Shown piece after piece: positions 35,337-52,689 of a stretch of 64,000 nt of DNA; the stretch's first letter is position 1, and every line of letters starts with the position of its first letter. The DNA is taken from NCBI GenBank assembly GCA_009914755.4, contig CP086569.2:3264001-3328000 (forward strand), read 5' to 3'. A program made the translations under genes and the position numbers. A model generated the notes under the pieces. The model saw nothing but the letters and a program-made list of their open reading frames with translations. It was not told the DNA's origin and made no database searches. The DNA comes from the human T2T-CHM13v2.0 reference genome, Homo sapiens.

Positions 35337-36865
35337 TGGTGGGTTCTTGGTCTCACTGACTTTAAGAATGAAGCCGCAGACCTTCGTGGTGAGTGTTACA
35401 GCTCTTAAGGTGGCACGTCAGGAGTTTATTCCTTCTGATGTGTTCAGAGTTTCTTCTCTCTGATGGGTTCGTGGTCTCGCTGGCTCAGGAGTGAAGTTGC
35501 AGACCTTCGCCGTGAGTGTTACAGCTCTTAAGACAGCGCGTCTGGAATTGTTTGTTCCTCCTGGTGGGCTTGTGGTCTCGCTGGCTTTAGGAGTGAAGCT
35601 GCAGACTTTCGCGGTGAGTGTTACAGCTCATAAAAGCAGTGTGGACCCGAAGAGTGAGCAGTAGCAAGATTTATTGCAAAGAGTGAAAGAACAAAGCTTC
35701 CACAGTGTGGAAGGAGGACCTAAGCAGGTTGCCGCTGCTGGCTCGGGCAGCCTGCTTTTATTCTCTTATCTGGCCCCACCCACATCTTGCTGATTGGTAG
35801 AGACGAGTGGCCTGTTTTGACAGGGCGCTGATTGGTGCGTTTACAATCCCTGAGCTAGATACAAAGGTTCTCCACCTCCTCATCAGATTAGTTAGATACA
35901 GAGTTTCCACACACAGGTTCTCCAAGGCTCCACCAGAGCAGCCAGATACAGAGTGTCGATTGGTGCATTCACAAACCTTGAGCTAAACACAGGGTGCTGA
36001 CTGGTGTGTTTACAATCCCTGAGCTAGACATAAAGGTTCTCCAAGGCCCTACCAGAGCAGCTAGATACAGAGTGTCGATTGGTGCACTCACAAACCTTGA
36101 GCTAAACACAGGGTGCTGATTGGTGTGTTTACAAACCTTGAGCTAGATACAGAGTGCCGATTGGTGTATTCACAATCCCTGAGCTAGACATAAAGACTCT
36201 CCACGTCCTCACCAGACTCAGGAGCCCAGCTGGCTTCACGTAGTGGATCTCGCACCGGGGCTGCAGGTGGAGCTGCCTGCCAGTCCCGCGCCATGCGCTC
36301 GCACTCTTCAGCCCTTAGGTGGTCGAGGGGACTGGGCACCCTGGAGCAGGGGGTGGTGCTCGTCGGGGAGGCTCTGGCCACACAGGAGCCTATGGAGTGG
36401 GTGGGAGGCTCAGGCATGGCAGGCTGCAGGTCCTGAGCCCTGCCCTGCGGGAAGGCCGCTAAGGCTCCGTGAGAAATCGAGCGCGGTGCCGGTGGGCTGG
36501 CACTGCTGGGGGACCTAGTACACCTTCCGCAGCCGCTGGCCCGGGTGCTAAGTCCTTTATTGCCTGGGGCCAGCAGGGCTGGCGGGCTGCTCCGAGTGCG
36601 GGGTCACCAAGCCCACGCCTACCGGGAACTCCAGCTGGCCCGCAAGCGCGGCACGCAGCCCCGGTTCCCGCTCGCGCCTCTCCCTCCACACCTCCTTGCA
36701 AGCTGAAGGAGTAGGCTCCAGCCTTGGCCAGCCTGGAAAGGGGCTGCCACAGTACAGTAGTAGGCTGAAAGGCTCCTCAAATGCCGCCAAAGTGGGAGCC
36801 CAGACAGAGGAGGTGCCGAGAGCAAACAAAGGCTCTGAGGACTGCCAACACGCTGTCACCTCTCA
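35337..36865 (+). mobile_element. LTR12C (HERV9/ERV9 solo LTR) nested in the L1 in antisense orientation
   Basis: Starts tggtgggttcttggtctcactgactttaagaatgaagccgcagaccttcgtggtgagtgttacagctcttaagg. Contains the LTR12-specific tandem U3 units (gctgattggtgcgtttacaatccctgagctagatacaaaggttctcca x several) carrying CCAAT (ATTGG) and GATA motifs, and a CpG-rich downstream half. Ends ...cacgctgtcacctctca. Confidence 0.85.
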
Positions 36866-37263
36866 ATATGGTTAACAGTAGGCATTCAGCTTCAATCTTC
36901 TGCATATAGCTTGTCAGGTATCCAAGCACAATTTATTGAATAGTGGGTCCTTTCACCATTGCTTATTTTTGTTGACTGTTAAAAATCAGTTGGTTGTAGG
37001 TGTGTGGCTTGACTTCTGGGCTCTTTATTCTGTTACATTGGTCTATGTATCTGTTTTTTTACTAGTGCCTTACTCTTTTGATTACTGTAACCGCATAGTA
37101 TAGTTTCAAGCTTGACGATGTAATGGCTATGGCTTTGCTCTTTCTGCTTAGGATTGCTTTGGCTATCAGGGCTCTTTTATTAGTTCCATAAGAATTGTAA
37201 AATGTGTCTTTTAATTCTATAAAAAATAATGAAGAAAATGTCAGTAGTTTGATAGCAATAGCA

Positions 37264-37681
37264 TTGTGTTAGTCTGCTCTTGTGTTGGTATAAAGAAATA
37301 CCAAAGCCTGGGTGATTTGTAAAGAAAATCAGTTTATTTTACATGACGTTTCTGCACTGTACAAGAAGTATGGTCCTGGCTTGTTTCTGGTGAGGTTTCA
37401 GGAAGCTTACAACTATAGCAGAAGGCAAAGGGGGAGCTGGTATATCACATGGAAAGAGAGGGAGAAAGGGAGAGAGGTGGAGGTGCTATTCTCTTTTAAA
37501 CAATCACATCTTGCATGAACTGATAGGATGAGAACTCCCTTGTACCTCAAAGACAGAACCAGGCCATTTATGAGGGATCCTCCTCCATGACCCAAGCACC
37601 TCCCACTAGGTTCCACCTCCAACATTGGGAATCACATTTCAACATGAGATTTGAAAAAGACAAAACATCAAAATCATATCA
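37264..37681 (-). mobile_element. THE1/MST-type MaLR solo LTR nested in the L1
   Basis: Reverse complement of the MaLR LTR: tgtgttagtctgctcttgtgttggtataaagaaataccaaagcctgggtgatttgtaaag ... ggttccacctccaacattgggaatcacatttcaacatgagatttg...aaaatcatatca. Flanked by gcattg on both sides, a likely short TSD. Confidence 0.85.
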
Positions 37682-40600
37682 AGCATTGAATCTGTACATT
37701 TATTTGGGCAGTGTGACCATTATATTGACTCTTCCAATCTGTGAGCACAGAATGTATTCTCATTTGTTTGTGTCATCTGTGATTTATTTCAGCAGTGTTT
37801 TGTAGTTCTTTTTGTAGAGATCTTTCACCTCCTAGGTTAAATATATTCCTAGGTATTTTATTTTTCTGTGACTAATGTAAATGAGATTATGCTCTTTCTT
37901 TGGCTCTTAGCTTGAACATTACTGGAACATATAAATGCTATTGATTTTTCTACATTGACTTTGTATCCTGAAACTTAACTGAAGTTGTTAATCAGTTCTG
38001 GGAGCCTTTTGGCAGAGTCTTTAGGGGTCTCTAGGTATAGAAAAGTATCATCAGTGAGGAGGGATAATTGGCTTTCTTTTTTCCAATTTGGATGCCTTAT
38101 TTTTTTTCTCTTGCCTGATTTCTCTGGCTAGGACTTCCAAAACTACCTTGAATAGGAGTGGTGAGAGTGGGCATCTGTGTTTTTTCCAGCTCTCAAGTGG
38201 AATGATTCCAGGTTTTGCCCATTCAGAATGATGTCAGCTGTTGGTTTTTCATAGATGGCTCTGATTTTTTTTAAGATATGTTCCTTCAATGCCTTGTTTG
38301 TTGAGGGTTTTTATCATGAAGGGATGTTGGATTTTATTGAAAGCTTTTATTACATATATTGAAATTATTATATGGTTTTGGTGTTTCCTTCTGTTTACGT
38401 GGTGAATTGCATTTATTGATTTGTGCATATTGACACAAGCTTGCATCCCAAGAATGAAGCCTTCTTGATCCTGGTGAATTTACTTTTTGATGTGCTGCTG
38501 GATTCAATTTACTATTATGGTGTTGAGGATTTTTGTGTCTATGTTCATCAGAAATATTGGCCTGTAGTTTTCTTTTTCCTTATTTCTTTGCCAGATTTTG
38601 GTATCAGGATGATGTTATCTTCAAAGAATGAATTAGGGAGGACTTCTTCCTCCTCTATTTTTTTGGAATAGTTTCAATAGGATTGGTAGTAACTCTTTTT
38701 TGTATATATGGTAAAATTTGGCTGTAAATCCATTTAGTCCAGGGATTTTTTTGGGCTTGTAGGATTTTTACTATTGTTTCAACATTGGAATTCAATACTG
38801 GCCTCTTCAGGGTTTCAGTTTCTTCTTGATTTAATCTAGAGATGGAATGTTCCAGGAATTTATCTATTTCCTCTAGATTTTCTAATTTGTGTACATAGAG
38901 ATGTTCATATTACTCTCCAAGAATCTTTTGCATTTCTGTGGGATCATTTGCGATATCACCTTTGTCATTTCTGAATGTGCTTATTTGGAACTTCTCTCTT
39001 TTTTTCTTTGTTAATCTAACTAACAGACTATAGATCATTTTTATCCTTTCAAAGGTCCAACTTCTGGTTTTGTTGATCCTTTGTATGAATATTTGGGTGT
39101 CAATTTCATTCAATCCTGCCCTGTTTTTAATTTTTTTTCTTCTGCTAGCCATGTGGTTAGTTTGTTCCTGTTTTTAAGTCCCTCTGGGTGCAATGTTATG
39201 TTGTTAATTTGAGATCATTCTAACTTGATGTAGGGATTAAGCCCTCTGAATTTTCCTCTTAACACTGCATTTGCTGCATCCAAGAAATTTTGGTATTTCA
39301 TGTCTCTGTTTTCACTTATTTCAAAGATTTTTTTTATTTCTGTATTAATTTTGTTGTTTACACAAAAGTAATTCAGAAGCAAGTTGTTTAGTTTCCATGT
39401 TGTGTGGTTTTCAGAGAACTTCTTGGTATTGATTTCTATTTTTACCCCAATGTGTTCCAAGAGTATAATTGGTATAATTTCATTTTTTTGAATTTACTGA
39501 GACTTACTTGCTTTATGGCAAAGAATGTTGGAAATCTTACAATATGTTCCATGTGCACATGAGAAGCATGCATATTCTGTATTTGATGGGTGAAGAATTC
39601 TGTAGATGTATATTATGTCCAATTAGTCAAGGGTCAAATTTAAGTCCAGAATTTCGTTGTTAGCTTTCTGCTTTGATCATCTGTCTAGTGTTGTCAGTGA
39701 GGAGTCCCCAATATTATTGTGTGGCTGTCTTTTTGTAGGTCTAGAAATACCTGTTTTATTAATCTGGATGCTTCAGTGTTGGGTGCTTATATGTTTAGGA
39801 TAGTTTATCTTCATGTTGAAATGAATTCATTATCATTATGTAATGTCCTTCTTTGTCCTTTTTTACTGTCGTTGGTTTAAGGTCTGTTTTATTTGATGTA
39901 ATAATGATGACTCACCCTTTTTTTGTTTTCCATTCACATGATATATCCTCCTCCAACCCTGTCTTTGAACCAGTTAGTATCATTACAAGTGAGAGGGGTG
40001 TCTTGAAGATAAAAGATGGATGGGTCTTTTTTAAAATCCAATTTGCCACTCTGAAACTTTTAATTGGGAAGTGTAGACAATTGACATTCAAAGTTAATAT
40101 TGATATGTGTGGTTTTCATCCTATCATGAAGCTGTCAGTTTGTTGCCTTGTAGTCTCCATTGTGTAGTTGTTTTATTGGGTCTGTGAGCTATGTACTTAA
40201 GTGTGTGTTTTTGATATCAGGTATCATTCTCTTCCATGTTTAGCACTCCATTATTTCTTGTAAGGCTAGTCTGCTGGTAACAAATTACCTTAGCAATTGC
40301 TTCTCAGGAAAATATTTTATTTCTTCTTTGCTTATGAAGCTTAGTTTGGCAAGGTATGAAATTCTTGGTCAGAATTTCTTTTTTTTAAGAATGCTGAGAA
40401 TAGGCTCCCATCTCTTCTGGCTTATAAAGTTTCTTCTGAGAATCTACTAGCAGCCTGATGAGGTTCCCTTTGTAAGTGATCTGATCATTTTCTCAAGGTG
40501 TCTTTAAGATTTTTTTCTTTGGGGTTAAACTTGGATAGTCTGGTGACTTATGCCTTGGTGACGTTTATTTTGGGTAGTATCTTGCATGTGTTCTCTTTAT

Positions 40601-42496
40601 TTCTTGTATCTGAATGTCTACCTCTCTAGGAAGATTAGGAAAATTTTCTTGACTTATTTCCTCAAATACGTTTTATAGGTTGTTTACTTTTTCTTCTTTC
40701 CTCTCAGGAATGCCAATAATTTATAGGTTTGGTTACTTTGCATAACCTTATATTCCTCAAAGCTTTCATTTTTATTTTTAGTTTTTATTTCTGACTGGAA
40801 ATACTTAGTTTGAAAGACTTGTCTTCAACCTCTGAAATTCTTTATTCTGCTTGGTCATATCTCTCAATAAAGCTTTCGATTGTATTTTGAAATTCCTTGA
40901 GTGAATTTTTCTATTTCAGAAGCTCTGATTACTTTTTAAGATGCTAATCTCTTTCATCATTTTCTGCATTGCTTTATTACTTTCTTTGTTTGATTTTCAA
41001 CCTTGATCTGAATCTTATTGAGCTTTCTTGAAATCCATGATTTGAATTCTTTATCATTTGTGAGTTTCCATTTTGGTTAGGGATCATTGCTACAGAACTA
41101 GTGCAATCCTTTGGTGGTGTCACAACATTTAGGTTTTTATGATGCCAGAATGATTAAGCTGATTCTTTCTCACCTGGAAATGCTGACACTTCTAATTTTT
41201 GTAATTATTTTCATATGGAAAGGATTTTTATTCCTTTCCCTACATAATTTTTCCTTTAGCCTCCCCCAAAACATGGGTGTGTCTGTATAATATGTTAAGT
41301 GTGACTGTATAATATGTTAAGTAGGCTCATTTGGCTATGCTTCCATAACCCTATGCACTTGTGTTGGCGGGCTTTATATTGGGTTGTGCAGTTCAACCTA
41401 TAGGGCCAGTAGATGGTGATTATGGGTAAGAGCCACCTGCAACATAAGCAGATCAGTAAATACCTAATCTTTGTTTACTCCGAGGTGCTCTCTATTATTT
41501 CAGGTGATGGGCTAGACAATGGGGTGCCCAGTGCCCTGAGTTTCCTGTTTTGCAGGGGTTGGGACACATATCTCGGAAGAGCTGAAGCCCCTGTCTTGCC
41601 CATGAATACCCTTATTGTATGCACAGGCACCAGCCCTGACCCGGGGGGCTGGGTGGAGCTCCTGGTGAAATGTGCTGAGGTCTCTGCAGGAGGGTGAGGG
41701 GGTTTCACTGGCTCCCCATCCTAGATAGACAGAAACATGGGCTATTTCCCTATCCCATTCCTGTTCTGAGGTTCATGACTTCTAGATCAGATGCACACTG
41801 TAGTCTATCTTTGGACCACAGTGTGATTGAAAGCCTTGGGAAAGGCTTGTTTTGTCACTCTCAAGGGAGTGGTGTTGGGGCAGAATTTTGTCACTCGGCC
41901 TAATACAGATAGCATTATGCCCCATCTGTTCTCTGATATCTTAGCTCTGGTGCTTCATGTAAGAGGGAGGGCTCCAACTTTGGGCTTTTGCAAGTGGGTG
42001 TTGGTTGTGGTGGTATCTGCGGGTTGGGTCAGCCTGACCTCAGGCCCTGGGGGAAGTGGAGAAGTGACAGCAGAGTTGGAATGGGGTAGGTACTTCCCCA
42101 GTTCCTAGGTCCCTAGATGGCACCCTTGCCACTGTTTACAAATCCTGAAGAGGCTGAACCAGGGTCAGAATTGCCCAGTGTTCAGGTGCTGGGTGTGATG
42201 GGGAAGGGTGGGCTGGTCCCCAGGTCACTGGTGAAACTCTCAGGCAGGTACAGGCATGAGGCTTGTATGGTAGGAGCCTGAGGAAGTATCACAGCTGTGT
42301 GGGGGTAGGGTTTCCAGAAGGGCTCTAGGGTGCAGCTGAAATGCTCAGGCACGGGCAGGTGAGTGCACCGTGTGCCAGAAGGCATCAGGAAGCAGTGGAA
42401 GTGAGGTGTGGGACTGGTGTAGAGCCAGGCGAAGCTCCTTAATTTGGGGAAAGGGCTGCCTGGCTTTGCTCCTTTCTTTTTTTTCCATGGGTCCTA

Positions 42497-42947
42497 TTGC
42501 TTCTGTGAAAGCAAAATATCTTGGGCCTCCCAAATTACTAAGCTAAAAGGAAAATTCAAGCTAGAAACTGCGCAGGGCAAACCTGTCTCCCACTCTATTC
42601 AAAGTCATCCCTCTGCTCACTGAGATAGATGCATATTCTGATTGCCTCCTTTGGAAAGGCTTATTAGAAACTCAAAAGAATGCAACCATTTTCTCTCACC
42701 CACCTGTGACCTGGAAGCCCCTCCTTGTTTTGAGTTTGTCCTTGCCTTTCTGGGTGGAACTAATGTGCTTCTTACACATATTAGTTCATGTCTCATATAC
42801 TAAACCTAAAATCTGTAAAACCAAGCTGTGCCCTGACCACCTTGGGCACATGTCAGGACTTCCTGTGGCTGTGTCGCGGGTATGCATCCTCAACCTTGGC
42901 AAAAGAAACTTTCTAAATTAACTGAGACCTGTCTCAGATTTTCTGGG
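42497..42947 (+). mobile_element. Unclassified LTR-like repeat, copy B (see 22225-22685)
   Basis: About 80% identity to copy A with the same start and end points. Lies immediately next to the L1 5' end. Confidence 0.55.
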
Positions 42948-43347
42948 TTTACTCTTCCTTGGTGAATCCCAACAGGATCTCTTAGATGATCCACTTGAAG
43001 AGCAGGTATTTACTCACCACGTTGTTTCCTCTCTGTGAGAGTCACACACGCTAGCAGCTTCTAGTCAATTATCTTGAACTGGAACTGCTCTATACTTATA
43101 CGTTGTTAATAGGTATAGAAAAATTTCTATTTAAAATGTGCACCATGAGTTTCACTACTACCATGACAGTATGAGGAGTACTGCAAACTCACTCTACAGA
43201 AAACTGGTAAAAATTATTCTTTTTAAAAAATAAAACATTTAAGGTCTCCAGAATTAATCTTAAAGGTATACGGGAAAGGAAGAAACATTTATTTGAGAAT
43301 ATCTACTAAAACAGTAAGAACAGATAAAATCTGTGGTATTTGAGCTA

Positions 43348-43427
43348 TTAGGTTGGCTCAAAAGTAACTGCGGTTTTTGCTGTTACTTTCAATGGCAAAA
43401 ACCTCAATTACTTTTGTGCCTATCTAA
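43348..43427. mobile_element. MADE1 (mariner-derived MITE; Hsmar1-related 80-bp palindrome)
   Basis: ttaggttggctcaaaagtaactgcggtttttgctgttactttcaatggcaaaaacctcaattacttttgtgcctatctaata versus MADE1 TTAGGTTGGTGCAAAAGTAATTGCGGTTTTTGCCATT...AATGGCAAAAACCGCAATTACTTTTGCACCAACCTAA. TA dinucleotides flank both ends. Confidence 0.85.
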
Positions 43428-43758
43428 TACATCTGTTAAAGTATGTAGTCAGACAAGAATAGGGTAGGAAAGAGCCCCACCCTGCCCCTTACTCCTCCAC
43501 TCCCCAACCCAAGAATGTTGGGCATTTGTCAAGCCATGGTCAGGCAATTATAAATGTCCCTTTGAAATGATGAGCAGGACAAGGGAGGAACTCCAGAACT
43601 GTCTGGTTTCCATTGAGTGAAAAAGAGGTAGGCATAAAACTGTTCCTCTGAGATAATAAGTGGCCATGACTGGTGCCGGGAATGACAGGATTCTTGCAAC
43701 AGACAGAAGACACCTGGAGTTAGCAAGTCATAATTCCTGATGAAGATTCAAGCATGAG

Positions 43759-44854
43759 GGCAATACCATTCAGGATATAGGCATGGGCAAGGACTTCATG
43801 TCTAAAACACCAAAAGCAATGGCAACAAAAGCCAAAATTGACAAATGGGATCCAATTAAACTAAAGAGCTTCTGCACAGCAAAAGAAACTACCATCAGAG
43901 TGAACAGGCAACCTACAGAATGGGAGAAATTTTTTTCAATCTACTCATCTGACAAAGGGCTAATATCCAGAATCTACAAAGAACTCAAACAAATTTACAA
44001 GAAAAAAACAACCCCATCAACAAGTGGGTGAAGGATATGAACAGACACTTCTCAAAAGAAGACATTTATGCAGCCAAAAGACACATGAAAAAATGCTCAT
44101 CATCACTGATCATTAGAGAAATGCAAATCAAAACCACAATGAGATACCATCTCACACCAGTTAGAATGGCGATCATTAAAAAGTCAGGAAACAACAGGTG
44201 CTGGAGAGTATGTGGAGAAATAGGAACACTTTTACACTGTTGGTGGGACTGTAAACTGGTTCAACCATTGTGGAAGACAGTGTGGCGATTCCTCAGGGAT
44301 CTAGAACTAGAAATACCATTTGACCCACCCATCCCATTACTGGGTATATACCCAAAGGATTATAAATCATGCTGCTATAAAGACACATGCACACGTATGT
44401 TTATTGCGGCACTATTCACAATAGCAAAGACTTGGAACCAACCCAAATGTCCAACAGTGATAGACTGGATTAAGAAAATGTGGCACATATACACCATGGA
44501 ATACTATGCAGCCATAAAAAAGGATGAATTCATGTCCTTTGTAGGTACATGGATGAAGCTGGAAACCATCATTCTCAGCAAACTATCGCAAGGCCAAAAA
44601 ACCAAGCACCACATTTTCTCACTCATAGGTGGGAATTGAACAATGAGAACATATGGACACAGGAAGGGGAACATTACACACCGGGGACTGTTGTGGGGTG
44701 GGGGGAGGGGGGAGGGATAGCATTAGGAGATATACTTAATGTAAATGACGAGTTAATGGGTGCAGCACACCAACATGGCACATGTATACATATGTAACAA
44801 ACCTGCACGTTGTGCACATGTACCCTAGAACTTAAAGTATAATTAAAAAAAAAA
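43759..44854 (+). mobile_element. Young L1PA (L1PA2-4-like) 5'-truncated 3' fragment with poly-A, inserted into the ERV 5' LTR
   Basis: Starts ggcaataccattcaggatataggcatgggcaaggacttcatgtctaaaacaccaaaagc, within ORF2 ...[28 protein letters not shown]. The 3'UTR is nearly identical to L1HS/L1PA consensus (...gggtgcagcacaccaacatggcacatgtatacatatgtaacaaacctgcacgttgtgcacatgtaccctagaacttaaagtataattaaaaaaaaaag). A candidate TSD is caagcatgagg / caagatgatgg. Confidence 0.95.
44028..44639 (+). pseudogene. L1 ORF2 C-terminal 203-aa open fragment (not a host gene)
   Basis: ORF-track peptide [60 protein letters not shown]...FSLIGGN equals the L1 ORF2p C-terminus. It is open only because the element is young. 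Confidence 0.95.
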
Positions 44855-45246
44855 GCAAGATGATGGGATTTGACCAGTACATCACCTTCCTCTGGGGACA
44901 TTGGACCAGTAAGGGAGAATTGACCCAAATGAGCATGTGTATGAGTTCCATAAACACACTGTGCATGCGGCCCCTCCCAAGTGCTGTCAGGGACACTGCA
45001 CATGCAGTAATTAAGTGACAACTCACCCAGGGGGAAGAACAGGGAAGAGACAGAGCCCAGGAAAAGATAGGGGGTATAAAAACTCTAAACAAAGAGGTGG
45101 ATGAGGCATTTGATTTTTTTTTACAAGTTTCGTGCTTGTCCCTCATGTAAGTACTCTGGTTTCTCAAGTAAACCCTCATTTTGCTTAAAATGAATTCTCC
45201 CTTCTACTTTAAACCTTGTCTGTGTCTGCTGAGACCAGCTCAGTCA

Positions 45247-50764
<5,518 letters not shown>

Positions 50765-51445
50765 GGGAGGCCCATGTAAGAGTAAGTAGTTAGGCATGAG
50801 CAGGACAGGACAGAAGCTCCCCACGTGAATGTTAGGCCTTTGTCAAGCCGTGGTCAGGCAATTATAAATCTGTCCCTCTGAAATGATGAGCAGGACAAGC
50901 GAGGAACCCCAGAGCTGTCTGGTTCTCATCAGCTTATTATGAGTTGTCTGACTCATAATAAGTAGCCATGACTGGCACTGGGAATGAGAGGAGTCTTGCA
51001 ACAGATGGAGAACAACTGGAAATAGCTAGCCATAATTCCTGATAATGTTTCAAGCATGTGCAGTAAAAGAGAAAGGTGGTAGAATTTTATTACTACCTGA
51101 CTCTCCTCTTGGGGCACTTAACCAGTAAGGAACAATTGTCCCTAATGAGCATGTACATGACTTCAGTAAGCACACCGTGCATATGGCCCCTCCCAAGTGC
51201 TGGCAGGCCATTGTCATGTGACAATTAAGCAACAGACCACCCAAAGAAAGAACACAGGGAGCAGACAGAGCATGGGAAAAGATAGGGGGTATAAAAACTC
51301 TAAACAAAGAAGCAAACAAGGTACTTGATTTTTTAAGTCAACCGCTTGTCCCTCATCTAAGTGCACTCTGCTTTCTCTAATAAACTCTTACTTTGCTTGA
51401 AGTAAATTATCCCTCCTGATTGAAACTTTGCCTGTGTCTCTCATC
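50765..51445 (+). mobile_element. 3' LTR of the ERV1 provirus
   Basis: About 85% identical to the split 5' LTR. TATA tataaaaa at 51299-51306 and AATAAA at 51380-51385 (ctctaataaactcttactttgcttgaag). Confidence 0.7.
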
Positions 51446-52689
51446 TGAATTATTTTCTTCAAGAAGAAAATGGACTGGGATTGCTGCAGAGTTGCCAATC
51501 CAGAGCTCCTCCAGATAGCTGCAGACCCACCTGCTAGTAACAGATTCATCAACTCCTTTCTACTTCCCAGCTCACCAAGAGGAAATCTCCATTTAAGTCT
51601 ACTGCAGGCAAAAGCACAGTGATCTCTCTGCTAGAGGGCTGTCTTCCTGGGAGGAACAGGATGTTAGCTTTTCTCATCCTTACTCTAGATACCTGTTGTT
51701 GAGTCTACATTCTAGACAACTGCAGGAAAGTGGTGGGTGTTTTCACTTAGCCTAGATATGTGGGACAGGAATTGTACTTCAGGTGTGGGGCTGCAGAGAA
51801 TACTAGGCCCCCAACTGCCTTATCCTTGGCTCATATAGTAGAGGTTCTATGTGGGGAGAATCAAGTCAAGATAAACTGAAGCTATCCCACTTCCTTGAAT
51901 GAGCTTCACCTCTTAAACAGAGAGAAGCAAGCTATCATACCCAACTTCATTTCCAGATCTGTGACTCCAAAGTTTTTCCTGGGAAAGAAACAGGCTATAA
52001 AATAGGAAACTCTGGGTCACTTCCCCAAAAAAACAGACTTCATTTGCAGAAAGGTGTGGAGAATTTCAAGCCTAATGGTCTCAAAAACAATGGAGGTTAT
52101 GGTAAAAAATAAGATTCACTGGGTATGTATGCTAAACAGTAAGGGGCTAGTTTTTCAGAAAGAAACAAGAAAAGAGATAGCTAAGGAGAGCCTTTCTGAA
52201 TCAGAACAAATCTCAAAAACTGACCTTGAAAACCGTCTCTTAAAAGAAAAAAAAAACATGATTCATTTTTATCATCTATGAAGCAATTTATGTCCCAAAG
52301 CATTGATTAAAAAAAATAAAAGAATCAGCTGGCATTTTATGGAGTTTAATAGGTCAGTATGGTCAGTGAAAAACACAAAGAGAGGTCTTCCAATCCCATT
52401 GTCTTTTCAGGATGACTATGGGCATGTCCAAAGCAGGATCCTCTGAGGAGCATCATTGTAGCCTTCAGCTTATGTGGGGATGAAGAGAATTCATTAAAAT
52501 AATCCTGCCAGTTACTAAACAGATTAACAAACCAATAAAGATAACACACTCTGGAGTGGGGACACCAAGACTCAGAGTTGCTAGAATATATTACCTCATA
52601 TTTCCACTTCCTGAGAAATAAGTTATGAGGCATGTAAAGAAACAGAAATATATGATGCATGCACTGGAAAGAATGCAAGCAACAGAAAC

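Larger units (their letters stand above)
35005..42490 (-). mobile_element. Older L1 (L1PB/L1MA-like), near full length with ORF2, ORF1 and 5'UTR, lacking about 0.9 kb of 3' end, and with LTR12C and THE1-LTR nested
   Basis: 35005-35336 and 36866-40250 are co-linear with L1 ORF2 (reverse complement; compare 3128-6400 of this window). 38249-38446, 38910-39152 and 39215-39460 give RT/EN peptides such as [24 protein letters not shown]. 40250-41100 matches L1 ORF1, and 41100-42490 has an older-type 5'UTR. Confidence 0.8.
43453..45246 (+). mobile_element. 5' LTR of an ERV1-class provirus, split by a 1.1-kb L1PA insertion
   Basis: 43453-43758 and 44855-45246 together are about 85% identical to 50765-51445, for example gaatgttgggcatttgtcaagccatggtcaggcaattataaatg... 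and ...gatagggggtataaaaactctaaacaaag.... A TATA box tataaaaa lies at 45075-45082. The LTR ends ...cagtca and is followed by a TGG-initiated PBS-like sequence tggagaccctaacccagcgg. Confidence 0.7.

Noticed and set aside
36184-36859. Several overlapping 70-100 aa ORFs on both strands in a GC-rich block
   Set aside because: They lie entirely inside the CpG-rich R/U5 half of LTR12C. They are Ala/Pro/Gly/Arg-rich translations typical of GC-rich non-coding DNA, with no start context or homology.
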